A DNA stretch of 64,000 bases. Origin: Macrostomum lignano. Its lineage: Eukaryota. Of this stretch, positions 12,601 through 23,875 are shown piece after piece; positions within the stretch are counted from its first letter, which is position 1, and each line of letters starts with the position of its first letter. A program made the position numbers and the translations under genes. The stretch is taken from NCBI GenBank assembly GCA_002269645.1, contig NIVC01000694.1:186001-250000 (forward strand), in the 5' to 3' direction. The notes beneath the pieces were generated by a model that saw only the letters and a program-made list of their open reading frames with translations, did no database searches and was not told the origin of the DNA.

Positions 12601-15600
12601 CTGCTAAATGCCTACCATTAGATACGGGCTTTTATAACTTACAGATGGCAACAGCTCCTCTCCCACTGCCTACTTCCCCTGACCGGCTCACCTGTTTTTG
12701 TCCCATTCACTCCACTCCTGCTTCCTTCACGCCATTCCCTGCTTCCTTCACGTCATTCCCTGCTTCCTTCCTCGCCATTCCCTGCTTCCTTCCTCGCCAT
12801 TCCCTGCTTCCTTCACGTCATTCCCTGCTTCCTTCCTCGCCATTCCCTGCTTCCTTTACGTCATTCCCTGCTTCCTTCCTCGCCATTCCCTGCTTCCTTT
12901 ACGTCATTCCCTGCTTCCTTCCTCGCCATTCCCTGCTTCCTTCCTCGCCATTCCCTGCTTCCTTCCTCGCCATTCCCTGCTTCCTTCCTCGCCATTCCCT
13001 GCTTCCTTCCTCGCCATTCCCTGCTTCCTTCCTCGCCATTCCCTGCTTCCTTCCTCGCCATTCCCTGCTTCCTTCCTCGCCATTCCCTGCTTCCTTCCTC
13101 GCCATTCCCTGCTTCCTTCCTCGCTATTCCCTGCTTCCTTCCTCACCATTCCCTGCTTCCTTCCTCGCCATTCCCTGCTTCCTTCCTCGCCATTCCCTGC
13201 TTCCTTCCTCGCTATTCCCTGCTTCCTTCCTCACCATTCCCTGCTTCCTTCCTCGCCATTCCCTGCTTCCTTCACGACGTCATTCCCTGCTTCCTTCCCC
13301 TGACACTCCTTCCTCCTTTCCCTGTCACTCACCCAGATAGGGAATAACGGGCTGCCGGATGTCCTGCATGAGACGGCGCAGTCTCTCGTGGTTGCTGTTG
13401 GCTGAGAACAAGTCCGACAGCCGCTCGAAGGCCTCAACATGCTTGCGCGGCAGGCTGGACCAGGTCTTCTTCAGGCGGAAAATCGGCTGCGATTGCAAAG
13501 CCGCAACCACCGCAAAGGTGCCGTGAAGGTTCTGCAGCTCGTACAGCTTCTTGGCAATCTTGATGAAGTGCGCCAATACAGTGGCCCGGTTAGACAAGCT
13601 GGTGGTCTCCAGGATGCACTTTTGCACCCAGAAATTGACGTGGTTGAACACGCGGGTGAATTTCACAACATTTGGGGCGCGCAGCTCCTTGTCCCGGCCG
13701 TGCCAGGCCACGCTGGTCAGCTCGTCCGGCTGGATGGCGGTGAACACCGGCAGGAACATCAGGGTGATCTCGCGGGCGAAGTCCTCGGCGGGCACCTTGG
13801 TGAACTCGAACACCACCTGGTCGTAGCCGTCCTGCAGCGCTGCGGCCCTGCTGCCGTCGGTTCCGATGTCGGCCTCATCGCCGCCCTGGGCGACCACCGC
13901 CGATGAGGACGAAGAGGCCGCCGAGACCGCGGCTGGCGGCGTCGCTGTGGTGGCGGCGGCGGATGCGGCTGACGACAGGGTGGCGGGCAGGCAGAGCGGC
14001 AGCGGCTGGGAGGACGGGCTCGGCATCGAGTCGCTGCGCTTGGGCGGCGTGGCGAACTGGAGCGGCTGGTGCGGCAGCTGGTGCTGGCGGGGGGTGAGCG
14101 AGGCGAAGGAGTCGGGCCGGTAGGTCAGGCCGGCGGCCGGGCCAGCCGAGGGGTTCTGGCCGGCTGGGGGGATGGCGTTGAGCTGCTTGTGGCTTCCCTG
14201 CGGATTTGGAGGGGGGGTACAGTGGGACTCTAAGTTACCGCAGCATGGGAGTTCAGTGAGGATTTTTTGCACGCAGCCTGGAATTTCAACAGAATCAGCG
14301 CCTTCAATTACCAGATTAAGCTGGGATAATAACACAGCCCGAATTCCAGACTAATAATAAAATGCTACTAATGAATTAAAGCACAGCTCGCATAAGCACA
14401 CTGCACTCTCAGACTGAAGCGGCCGCAGCCTGTGCCGGTGAACGGGGAGCCCCGAGTGAATGCCGGCCTACTCAGATCGATGCGAGCGGCACTTGAGCCG
14501 AGCCGCCGCTCTCCACAGTGAAGCAGAAGGAGCCGGCGATCAGGGAGGAGAGGTTGAAGTGAAGGCGAGACCCCGAGGTCAAGCGAGGACACCGCCCGCT
14601 CGGTTCGGCCCGTGATCGCGTGAATGAGCAAAGCAGCGGGTAGTCAAGGAGAATTTTATGAAAGCGTAAAAAACGGCAAACAATGAGCTGCAATCGAGCT
14701 GAGCGCCGCACGCACCGCGGATAGCCAAAGCAAAAGGCGGAGGAAATCGTTACGTAATAATGGGCGGATAGTGAAAGCGAACGGCCCGGACGGCCAATCA
14801 GCCTGATGGACAGGCGGGGAAGTCGGTAGGGGATAAGGCGGATGGGGAAAACCTACTCGACCTCCGGCCTCGGATCTGGACCGCAGGCGCGAGGCGCCGC
14901 CGTCCGATGTGCGGTCAAGTCCCGGAGCCGCTGGCGCTGCTAGTCCGAGAAATGTCTCCTGATGTGCAGATCGGGTGGGGAATGTCTCCTGATGTGCAGA
15001 TCGTGTGGGGAATGTCTCCTGATGTGCAGATTGGATGGAGAATATCTCCTGATGTGCAGATCGGGTGGGGAATATCTCCTGATGTGCAGATCGGGTGGGG
15101 AATATCTCCTGATGTGCAGATTGGATGGAGAATATCTCCTGATGTGCAGATTGGATGGAGAATATCTCCTGATGTGCAGATCATGTGGGGAATGTCTCCT
15201 GATGTGCAGATTGGATGGAGAATATCTCCTGATGTGCAGATTGGATGGAGAATATCTCCTGATGTGCAGATTGGATGGAGAATATCTCCTGATGTGCAGA
15301 TTGGATGGAGAATATCTCCTGATGTGCAGATCGTGTGGGGAATGTCTCCTGATGTGCAGATTGGATGGAGAATATCTCCTGATGTGCAGATTGGATGGAG
15401 AATATCTCCTGATGTGCAGATTGGATGGAGAATATCTCCTGATGTGCAGATCGTGTGGAGAATGTCTCCTGATGTGCAAATCGGGTGGGGAATGTCTCCT
15501 GATGTGCAGATCGTGTGGGGAATGTCTCCAAATGTGCAGATCGTGTGGGGAATGTCTCCTGATGTGCAAATCGGGTGGGGAATGTCTCCTGATGTGCAGA

Positions 15601-15960
15601 TCGTGTGGGGAATGTCTCCTGATGTGCAAATCGGGTGGGGGGAATGTCACCTGGAACAAAACTAGCAAAGTTGATTTAGCGGCAAAGTGTGAAACATGAA
15701 AGCATGAAAGCTCATATAGATAGTTCGACCTCCTGAAGCAGAAATCGCCAAGCAGGACTTACAGACTCGAACGCCATGTTGACCTGCTCGCTGTCGTCGG
15801 CTCCTTGCTCAGCAAATTTCGGGTCAGTGACGGCTTTGGTGAGGCAGAACGAGTCCGGCGCGAGCCCGGGCCTGGCGGTCCTCAGCGCGTACGAGTGCGG
15901 CAGGGTGGACCTATGGTCCCGGATGAAGGAGATCAGCTGCGGCCTGGAGGTCCAATTCAT
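3653..15960 (-). CDS. RALGPS: Ras-specific guanine nucleotide-releasing factor RalGPS1/2 homologue (RasGEF/CDC25 domain + C-terminal PH domain), ~780 aa
   Basis: Hand-built exons with matching phases: 15960-15763 (tentative), 14197-13333, 11546-11415, 10918-10624, 10336-10290, 10243-10205 (tentative), 5995-5519, 3951-3653. CDC25 motifs [73 protein letters not shown]; a GHRKSKS motif; PH domain [41 protein letters not shown]; SLIDFE tail. All resemble vertebrate RalGPS as recalled, not database-checked. Confidence 0.92.
4625..5375. repeat. 14-16-bp minisatellite (cacactgtacagtcc) in last RalGPS intron
   Basis: Tandem variants built on tgtacag; source of several spurious Cys/Gly/Val ORFs. Confidence 0.92.
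6620..7165. repeat. 20-bp minisatellite (actcaaactgctcagcacag)
   Basis: About 27 tandem copies, intronic in RalGPS. Confidence 0.92.
8325..8865. repeat. 36-bp minisatellite with 48-bp variants (atagtcccggtcacagtcccgatctcagccccagcc)
   Basis: Tandem copies; stop-free in several frames, giving ORFs 8036..8893, 8115..9029 and 8237..8908. Confidence 0.93.
11640..11975. repeat. 21-bp minisatellite (ttactgcactggttggtgggc)
   Basis: About 16 copies in the RalGPS intron. Confidence 0.93.
12715..13300. repeat. 22-bp pyrimidine-rich minisatellite (ccttcctcgccattccctgctt)
   Basis: About 26 copies, ending ~30 bp from the RalGPS donor at 13332. Confidence 0.95.
14762..14820 (-). promoter_or_regulatory. 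Possible internal RalGPS promoter (GC boxes + CCAAT)
   Basis: gggcgg at 14762-14767 and gccaatca at 14793-14800 in CpG-rich sequence ~600 bp upstream of the 14197 acceptor. Motif match only. Confidence 0.3.
14950..15645. repeat. 30-bp minisatellite (aatatctcctgatgtgcagattggatggag)
   Basis: About 23 copies with two alternating right-half variants. Confidence 0.95.
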
Positions 15961-17588
15961 CGGTGCGGGTGTCTGGGGCGGTGCTGCTGGCACAAGACAA
16001 CATAAAACTGGGCTGTGGATGTGTCATCCGTCGGTACGGAAGCTGGCGAGCTGGCGGAACATCCGGCAATTTCTGGTCAGGATTTCTGGCGCTTGGCTTT
16101 TCTTTTTTTAACAGCTCGGATTGCAGCGGCGAGGAGGGCCCGCGGCGGAGGGAGAGGGGCGCAGGGAGGCGAGGGGCGGCTGAGGCTGCGTGCTGGCGGC
16201 TCTGGCAGGCGCTCACATGTCGAGCCACGATCAGCAACGCGGGGTCGCGGAGAGCAATGAGAGACAGAGAGCGGGAACTGCTCGTTCGGGGCCATTGGGA
16301 GAGCATTAATAATAATAATTAATACATGAACTCTGTTCTTCGGCTGTTGCTGGCGGAGAAGAGACTGCGAATAAGCCGGGAAATCGGTTCTGTTTGCTTT
16401 CGTGTCAGCAAAAGGCTGAACAAAGAAGCGTTTAAAGCTAGCAGCCACTTCCCTGTGCAGCCAGTGTCTGTTTAATCCATCTAGCTGTTTGGCTGCGCAA
16501 TAAAAAGAACCCAGGCCAGAAGGATATTTTCTCAAAAAAGAAAAGAAACTTCGTCATGATGGATATTCTAAACTACGAAAGAGGAAAATGCAAAACTGTT
16601 CACACAGTCACACTGCTAAAAAGCCAATACAGAAAAATGCTGCGACTTTTGGCATAGCATCAACAATGAATTGTGACTAATATTATTTTAGTAAGATATT
16701 CCATAGGCTATGCAGCTATATTTACAAAAAGTATTAGCCTGCAGCTTAGTTTTGATTGAAAATGTTGCTCAGTTTTGCAACCTATAAAAAATAAAAGTAA
16801 AAAACTAAGTAAATAATGATTTTAAATACTTTATAAATTGGGTAAATAGGCTAGGCCACTAGCAGTTGCTTATACATAGCATAGTTACTAAGAAGAAGAA
16901 AGAAGATCTAAGAAAGAAGAAAGAAGATTAAAATAGCAGAGATAGTACATGTCGAAATGGGCACATGATGGGTATGAAAAAGAACTATAATCAGTAGAAA
17001 TATTATAGTAATTTTTTCTAAAAATAGTTTTAAAAATAACCCTTTTTATATCCTAAATATATACCTTAAATTTATACCCTAAATATCATTTTGATAGCCC
17101 AATAGACATGAACAAAAGGAAATTTTTAAGAGTTCCTAAGTATATATTTTTTTAATTATTTTTTTGATATTGTAATAAAAGCATAATAAATAAATTGTAA
17201 TAAAGTACAAAGTGTAATTACTACACATTATACTTTATTCTAATGAATCAAGTTCTATCTAAAAATGAAGACAAGGTTTTGATGGGCTAGACTAACTTGG
17301 TTGGATGGTTGATTTATTATTATTATTGTTATTATTCTTATACTTATACTTGTGTGAGTTCAAATATTTACTTGCAGTAACTAAGTCACTATTTTTTCAA
17401 AAAATATTTAAATGTGTGAAACTAGAAGATTGCCAGCAACATAATTGTAGTTTTCTGCATTAAATTATTTTGAGTTAAAAAAATTGACTCAATAAGTTAA
17501 ATCAAGTTAGTCCATAACAGTCAATAGTCCACTGAGCTCACTAAATGGCATAATAATGAGCAACCTAGAACTAGTTGGAAACTACAAA

Positions 17589-17750
17589 ATAGGAACTTTG
17601 CATATGAATACCATTAAAAGGACTTAGGTGCATGTCAAGGCAAAGTTCCAGAACATGAATAGCACCAACGAGGGCCTATTTGATTTGCACCTGAGCGAGT
17701 ATATCTGGTGCCGCCTTTACTTGGAGAAGTCCTTTGGCAACTTGTTCTTG
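17589..17750 (+). pseudogene. Decayed C-terminal fragment of a Merlin / IS1595 (ISXO2-like) DDE transposase
   Basis: Reads IGTLHMNTIKRT*VHVKAKFQNMNSTNEGLFDLHLSEYIWCRLYLEKSFGNL, matching the recalled family pattern G-x-HTN-x-IE-x-x-W-x-x-VK...M-x-GT...YL-x-EF-x-WR. In-frame stop at 17625. Confidence 0.62.
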
Positions 17751-18254
17751 TTCTATTGTTCTTATAGATTATGGAATATTGATTGCTATGGACTAACTTG
17801 TTTTAACTTATTGAGTTATTTTTTTAACTTGAAATAATTTAATGCAGGAAACTAGGATTCTGCATTGCCAGCTTACATTCATAGTAGCTATCTACTTAGT
17901 GTTTGAATTGCATATATGCTATAGTTTTAAGTAGACTCAGATTCAAATTTAAAAAATATTTGGTCAATTATAGTTTGTCTCTAGATGTCTAATATATATA
18001 TTAGACTATCAGGCACATCTAGAAATTAAAATAGATCAGGTGAAACACTTGTAAGACAAGTTAAACATGTGCATATACACATAGTTTTCTGCATTAGTTT
18101 ATACTAGTAATCTTTGCCCTCCGATGGGGGACATCTAGATAGAATCTCTGTTCTCTACAAGTATCAATAAGATGGCCAAACAAAGCCTTCACATAGTCAA
18201 TAGAAAAACTGCTCAGATGAAGTGCAATGCAAAAAGAAAACATCCTAAGACAGC

Positions 18255-18570
18255 AAGTATCCCCCCCCAGATAGCAGGCACCCCCAGTTAGCAAGCACCC
18301 CCAGATAGCAAGCATCCTCCTAGATAGCAAGCACCCCCCAGATAGCAAGCATCCCCCAGATAGCAGGCACCCCCAGATAGCAAGCACCCCCAGATAGCAA
18401 GCACCCCAGATAGCAAGCACCCCTAGATAGCAGGCACCCCAGATAGCAGGCACCCCCAGATAGCAAGCACTTCCAGATAGCAAGCACCCCTAGATAGCAA
18501 GCACCACCAGATAGCAAGCACACCCAGATAGCAGGCTCTCCCAGATAGCAAGCACCCCCAGATAGCAGGC
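18255..18570. repeat. 16-17-bp minisatellite (cccagatagcaagcacc)
   Basis: About 19 diverged copies. Confidence 0.9.
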
Positions 18571-19375
18571 GACATGGTGGCTTTTTACTGTTAGACATGG
18601 TGGCTCTTTAATGTTAGACATGGTAGCTCTTTAATGTTCGACATGGTGGCTCTTTAATGTTTGACATGGTGGCTCTTCTATTTTTGACATGGTGGCTCTT
18701 TAATGTTCGACATGGTGGTTCTTTAATGTTCAACATGGTGGTTCTTTAATGTTTGACATGGTGGCTCTTTAATGTTCGACATGGTGGCTCTTTAATGTTC
18801 TACATGGTGGCCCTTTAATGTTCGACATGGTGGCTCTTTACTGTTAGACATGGTGGCTCTTTAATGTTCAATATGGTGGCACTTTAATGTTTGACATCAT
18901 GCCAGATTTATGTTTGACATGGTGGCTCTTTAATGTTCGACATGGTGGCTCTTTTAGGTTTGACATGGTGGCTCTTTTAGGTTTGACATGGTGGCTCTTT
19001 TAGGTTTGACATGATGGCACATTTATGTTTTGACATGGCGGCTCTTTAATGTTTTACATGGTGGCTCTTTAATGTTCAACATGGTGGCTCTTTTTAATAT
19101 CTGACATGGTGGCTCTTCTATGTTTGACATGGTGGCTCTTTAATGTTTAACATGGTGGCTCTTTTATGTTTGACAGGGTGGCTCCTAAATGTTTGACATG
19201 GTGGCTTCTAAATGTTTGACATGGTGGCTCTTTAATGTTCTTCATGGTGGCTCTTCAATATTCTACATGGTGGCTCTTTAATGTTCGACATGGTGGCTTT
19301 TCTATGTTTGACATGGTAACTCTTTTATGTTTGATATGTTGGCTCTTCTATGTTTGACATTGCGCTTCTTTGATG
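18570..19375. repeat. 23-bp minisatellite (gacatggtggctctttaatgttc), heavily mutated
   Basis: About 35 copies; many variants are C>T / G>A transitions. Confidence 0.92.
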
Positions 19376-21774
19376 TTTAGCAGTTTTGTTGTGTTTTTAA
19401 TGTGTTTTAATAAAAAAAATCTTTTTGCACTACTAAGATTTGAACCCAGGTTGCTACATTAGCATTCTAGTCTGTTCGCATTAGGGCTATCTCTTTTCAA
19501 TTGGAGAACATGAATTGTGGCCCTTATAATTCAATTCTTACAGCAAGTCAATTGGAGTAAAAGTTATGACATAATCAATTTCTCAGTCAGCTAGTATCAG
19601 TCTCAATTTAAGTTAGCAATATGGTTACGCAATTTAAATCAAGTCGTATGTGCATTTCTTCGGCACTGTTTTCAACTTGTTGTGATGCAATCTTTATCAC
19701 AATTGGAATTCAGTCAGTCAGTTTTTTCTCTAGCATTCTTACAATGCATTTCAAGTCAAAAATTTGGCTTGACCTTTGCAAAAAAGCATGTTTTTTGAAT
19801 ATTTAATCCCTTTAACATTGAGCAATTTCTTAGCCAAAATGCATGTACTGTCCCAAGAAAATTTCTGATCAAATGGTGCAAGTTTGAAGAAAATTGGTTG
19901 AGCCAATTTTTCTGAAATCTATTGCATAGCTACAGACATTTCATTTTTAATATACGGGAGAAGTTACAGTCTTAATAATTCTGAATTTGAAGCAATTGTG
20001 TTTCTTTAAACTTTAGTAAAATCAAATATTATATGCTTTTATGGTTGTATTCATCAATTTATTCTAGGGTTCTAATAATATATTCTAATATTTTGTTTAA
20101 GTAGATTTTGTTTCTAAGAAATGAGACTCACATTTAAGCATGCAACTTATAGTATTTTTTTATAAACATATGGCAGCCTTGGACCATCACACATGAAAAA
20201 TATATAATCAGAGTATCAGCTTGCACAATGCATATCTTATTCTTAGTAATCATAAGACAGAAGAATTTCTAGCCTAGGTAAATGTCTAGGTCTGACAGGC
20301 ATATAGCTGCTCAATCATATATGCAGCTAATATTAATAGTCCTCAACTATGCTAAGTGATATAAAATATACTGGACTTATTACAAGTTTATTTGCATATT
20401 CTTTTGGAATATATCAATTACATACTATTATTCTCCTTGCACTTGTTACCAAAGTGGCTATCTATTATTAATTTGGTCATCACTTGTTACCAAAGTAGAC
20501 TGTTATCCTATATTATAAAATATGGCTACCATGCATGCAATTAAAAACATTAGATAGACAACTGTTTTGTATACAAGTAAAACACTAGGCAGATAGCTAG
20601 CATGAATGCAAGCTTTTCATTTTTTAAATAGGAGAAAATTAAATATGCCTATTGAAAATATGGGCTAAGCCTAAGGTCTCATCTAAATAAAAAAATAAAA
20701 TCTACCCACTATAAACAAAGCCTAGGCAAAAAACTAATTTTTTATAGTTTACTTTTCCTATACTAGACCTAGCCTACTACTACTATGCTATAACTTTACT
20801 AGGGTTTAGTCTATAGATTATACTAGGCCCTATATTGTGTTAGTGATGCCAATGGCTGGCTAAAGGTTTCAACCTTTTAGTTCAACTAAGATAAAGAGTA
20901 GACATTCTCACTGTACCAGTTGTATCAAACTCAAAAGGATAAAAGGTAGGTCTAATCCTTAGCTGAGGACGTTAAATAATTTATTAGGCCTATATTTACT
21001 TTACACAATACAAAACTGGTTAAGACAAGGCCCTAACTGGGCTTTAAATTTAATATGCAAAGTTAAAAAATGGCTAGGTTGAACTAATGTTAGGCCTATT
21101 GGAAGGAATAATTCGTAAAAGCACAAAATGGCGTTTTCAAATTCTATAATATTAAGATTACTAGCATGTACCGTGTAATAATTGGTCACAAACATCGGCG
21201 TATATACTGTCGAAAGAAGTCGGAAACATGAGTTAATGTCTAATTTAAGTCACGATAATAAGAATATTGTTGTTATATTTTACATTTAAAAAGATGAAAA
21301 AATATGCAACTAAAATAATAAAAGCAAATATAAATTCGATATTTCATAAGATAATTAAAAGTTATGGATCAATGAACAAAATTCAGTAAAAGAGGATGAA
21401 AATTTTGTTTTACAATTTTTTCGCAAAAATTTAAAAACGGAAGTTCACAAACTATTTCATTGCATGAACTATCCAAATGTACTAAATCTCTAATCCTATA
21501 CTAAAAATGGTTTGTCGGTAGCCGGTAGGTATCTATCTATGTGATCGATTAGTAAATAACTGTAACTATATCGGGTTACAGTATGTAACCCCATGTCACT
21601 ATATGGGGTTACAGGGGTTACATACTTGCTGGGGTCGCTGCATACATACTCGTATTGGTTGCAAGGACAACTCAGTGGCGTAGCCAGGGCCCCCCCCCAA
21701 TCGCCTGGGGGTGGGGTTGGACGCGGCGGATACCAAAAACCAGGAGGCAATTGAGTTGCCTCCTGCGCCAAAAT

Positions 21775-21975
21775 GAAGCAATTGCGCCAAAATGAGTGCC
21801 TGCGGCGCCAAATGAGTGCCTGCGGCGCCAAAATGAGTGCCTGCGGCGCCAAAATGAGTGCCTGCGGCGCCAAAATGAGTGCCTGCGGCGCCAAAATGAG
21901 TGCCTGCGGCGCCAAAATGAGTGCCTGCGCGCGGCGGCAAAATGAGTGCCCGCGGCGATAAAATGAGTGCTTGCG
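21775..21975. repeat. 21-bp minisatellite (aaaatgagtgcctgcggcgcc)
   Basis: About 9 copies; CpG retained. Confidence 0.92.
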
Positions 21976-22161
21976 GCGCCATTTAAAATAATGACAAGAC
22001 CAATTAAACATGAAAAATCGATTAATGCGTCGGTAGAGCAGCATGTGAACAGTATTTCCAGCAGATTGCATGTGATATGATTTTTCAAGGGGTAGCCCGA
22101 TTTTCGAGAGAGTAGCATGACATTTCGTGGGGAGAGCAGGGTATATCAATGGAAAATTGCA

Positions 22162-22740
22162 AGAGATAGCTAGAGATATCGATGGGATTGGCTAGAGATG
22201 TCAATGGATAGCAGGGGATATCAAGAGATAGCTAGAGATATCGATGGGATTGGCTAGAGATGTCAATGAATAGCAGGGGATATCAAGAGATAGCTAGAGA
22301 TATCGATGGGATTGGCTAGAGATGTCAATGAATAGCAGGGGATATCAAGAGATAGCTAGAGATATCGATGGGATTGGCTAGAGATGTCAATGAATAGCAG
22401 GGGATATCAAGAGATAGCTAGAGATATCGATGGGATTGGCTAGAGATGTCAATGAATAGCAGGGGATATCAAGAGATAGCTAGAGATATCGATGGGATTG
22501 GCTAGAGATGTCAATGAATAGCAGGGGATATCAAGAGATAGCTAGAGATATCGATGGGATTGGCTAGAGATGTCAATGAATAGCAGGGGATATCAAGAGA
22601 TAGCTAGAGATATCGATGGGATTGGCTAGAGATGTCAATGAATAGCAGGGGATATCAAGAGATAGCTAGAGATATCGATGGGATTGGCTAGAGATGTCAA
22701 TGAATAGCAGGGGATATCAAGAGATAGCTAGAGATATCAA
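22162..22740. repeat. 62-bp minisatellite, near-perfect copies
   Basis: Unit gatagctagagatatcgatgggattggctagagatgtcaatgaatagcaggggatatcaaga, about 9 copies. Confidence 0.95.
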
Positions 22741-23649
22741 GGGGGTAGTAAGAGTTATTTAAGGCGTAGTATAGGGAATAATATAGGGGGATATCTAGGT
22801 GAAAACATAGCGTGATAATAGTGATAATAGAACATAGTGTGATTCGGTTTAATAGTTTTTTATTTTCTAAGATATTAAAAGCGTGTTTTAGAGGGGGAAT
22901 TGGTATGCCAGCTAAAGCTATTCAACTATGTTTGTTTGTTTGTTTGTCCAGAAATTTCACGTTTTAAGCCGATTGGCCTGATCAATTTTCTCCATTTCTT
23001 CGCCAAAAGTGTCAAGTGTCAAATGTGCCCGGGACGGTACATGTAATTTTATTAAGCTCTACCTCATTGCTAAAAGGATTAAATATTTGAAAAACTGTAT
23101 TTTCCCTATCTATTTAGTGTATTTTTCTCGCAGTGAGTGCTTAAATAAAATAATAATACGTCAATGGCCATAGGCTACACTTAAACTTCTTGAGCTGATG
23201 CTACGAGCTGTAAATAATCAATAAATACGAGTATTCGAAAACTTGCTTTTTTGCATAAGGGAGAGAAATCAGCCAGTGCACTTTAAAAGTATTGAAGTAT
23301 TGCGCCACTGTGTGGAGGGAAAAATGCTCAGTGGCTGCGTGTGTACATCCTGACCCGGGCTGACTGGCGGACTGCATAGACAATTGCTATTTATAGATTT
23401 CACTCAACTGTGCATTGGCTCCGCCTGCGCACTGAGCAGCCTATCACTGCAATTTGACTGCAGTGCCGAAGCATATATGGCTGAGTCCACCTCCCTGGCA
23501 GGTAATTAAAATTGAATTTAATTTCGCTGTTGTAAACTGTCTAACAGCAACAGTAAACTGTTGTAAACGGGTTGTCTAACGGGTGCTGTTGTAAACTGTA
23601 TAATGGCAGACGTTACAATCTACCGATAGTGTTTTTGTTTGGACCCGTG

Positions 23650-23854
23650 TGTAATGCCACTCTGGCCAGTACTAGCTTGAACATTGTATTAGCACGTACA
23701 TGTCGCTACTCAACTTATGTACGTAAGGCACGCGGCTCAATTGTGCACGTTGCAATCAGATCGCTTCCAAATATAAATATCGTCTCACCCTACTTGGAGG
23801 GTTAAGGCTTTTTCTCGCACGCCACAAACACTGCCTGACTCCTGAGTCATTACA
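23650..23854 (+). repeat. 5' LTR
   Basis: TG...CA termini with 7-bp terminal inverted repeat; TATA-like atataaat near 23771. Confidence 0.96.
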
Positions 23855-23875
23855 TTGGCGTCGCAAGGCTGAACC

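Larger units (their letters stand above)
16550..21100. other. AT-rich, CpG-depleted island of decayed repeats
   Basis: Abrupt compositional change from CpG-rich flanks; only about 25 CpG by hand count in ~4.5 kb; many TpA/CTAG/TAGG words; no long ORFs. Confidence 0.8.

Noticed and set aside
16855-16930. Possible LINE 3' end with (GAA)n tail
   Set aside because: Only a short purine-rich run; no upstream RT remnant identifiable.
22925-22990. (GTTT)4 plus flanking sequence reminiscent of Helitron/DINE-like elements
   Set aside because: No subterminal inverted repeats or 3' hairpin-CTRR end could be established.
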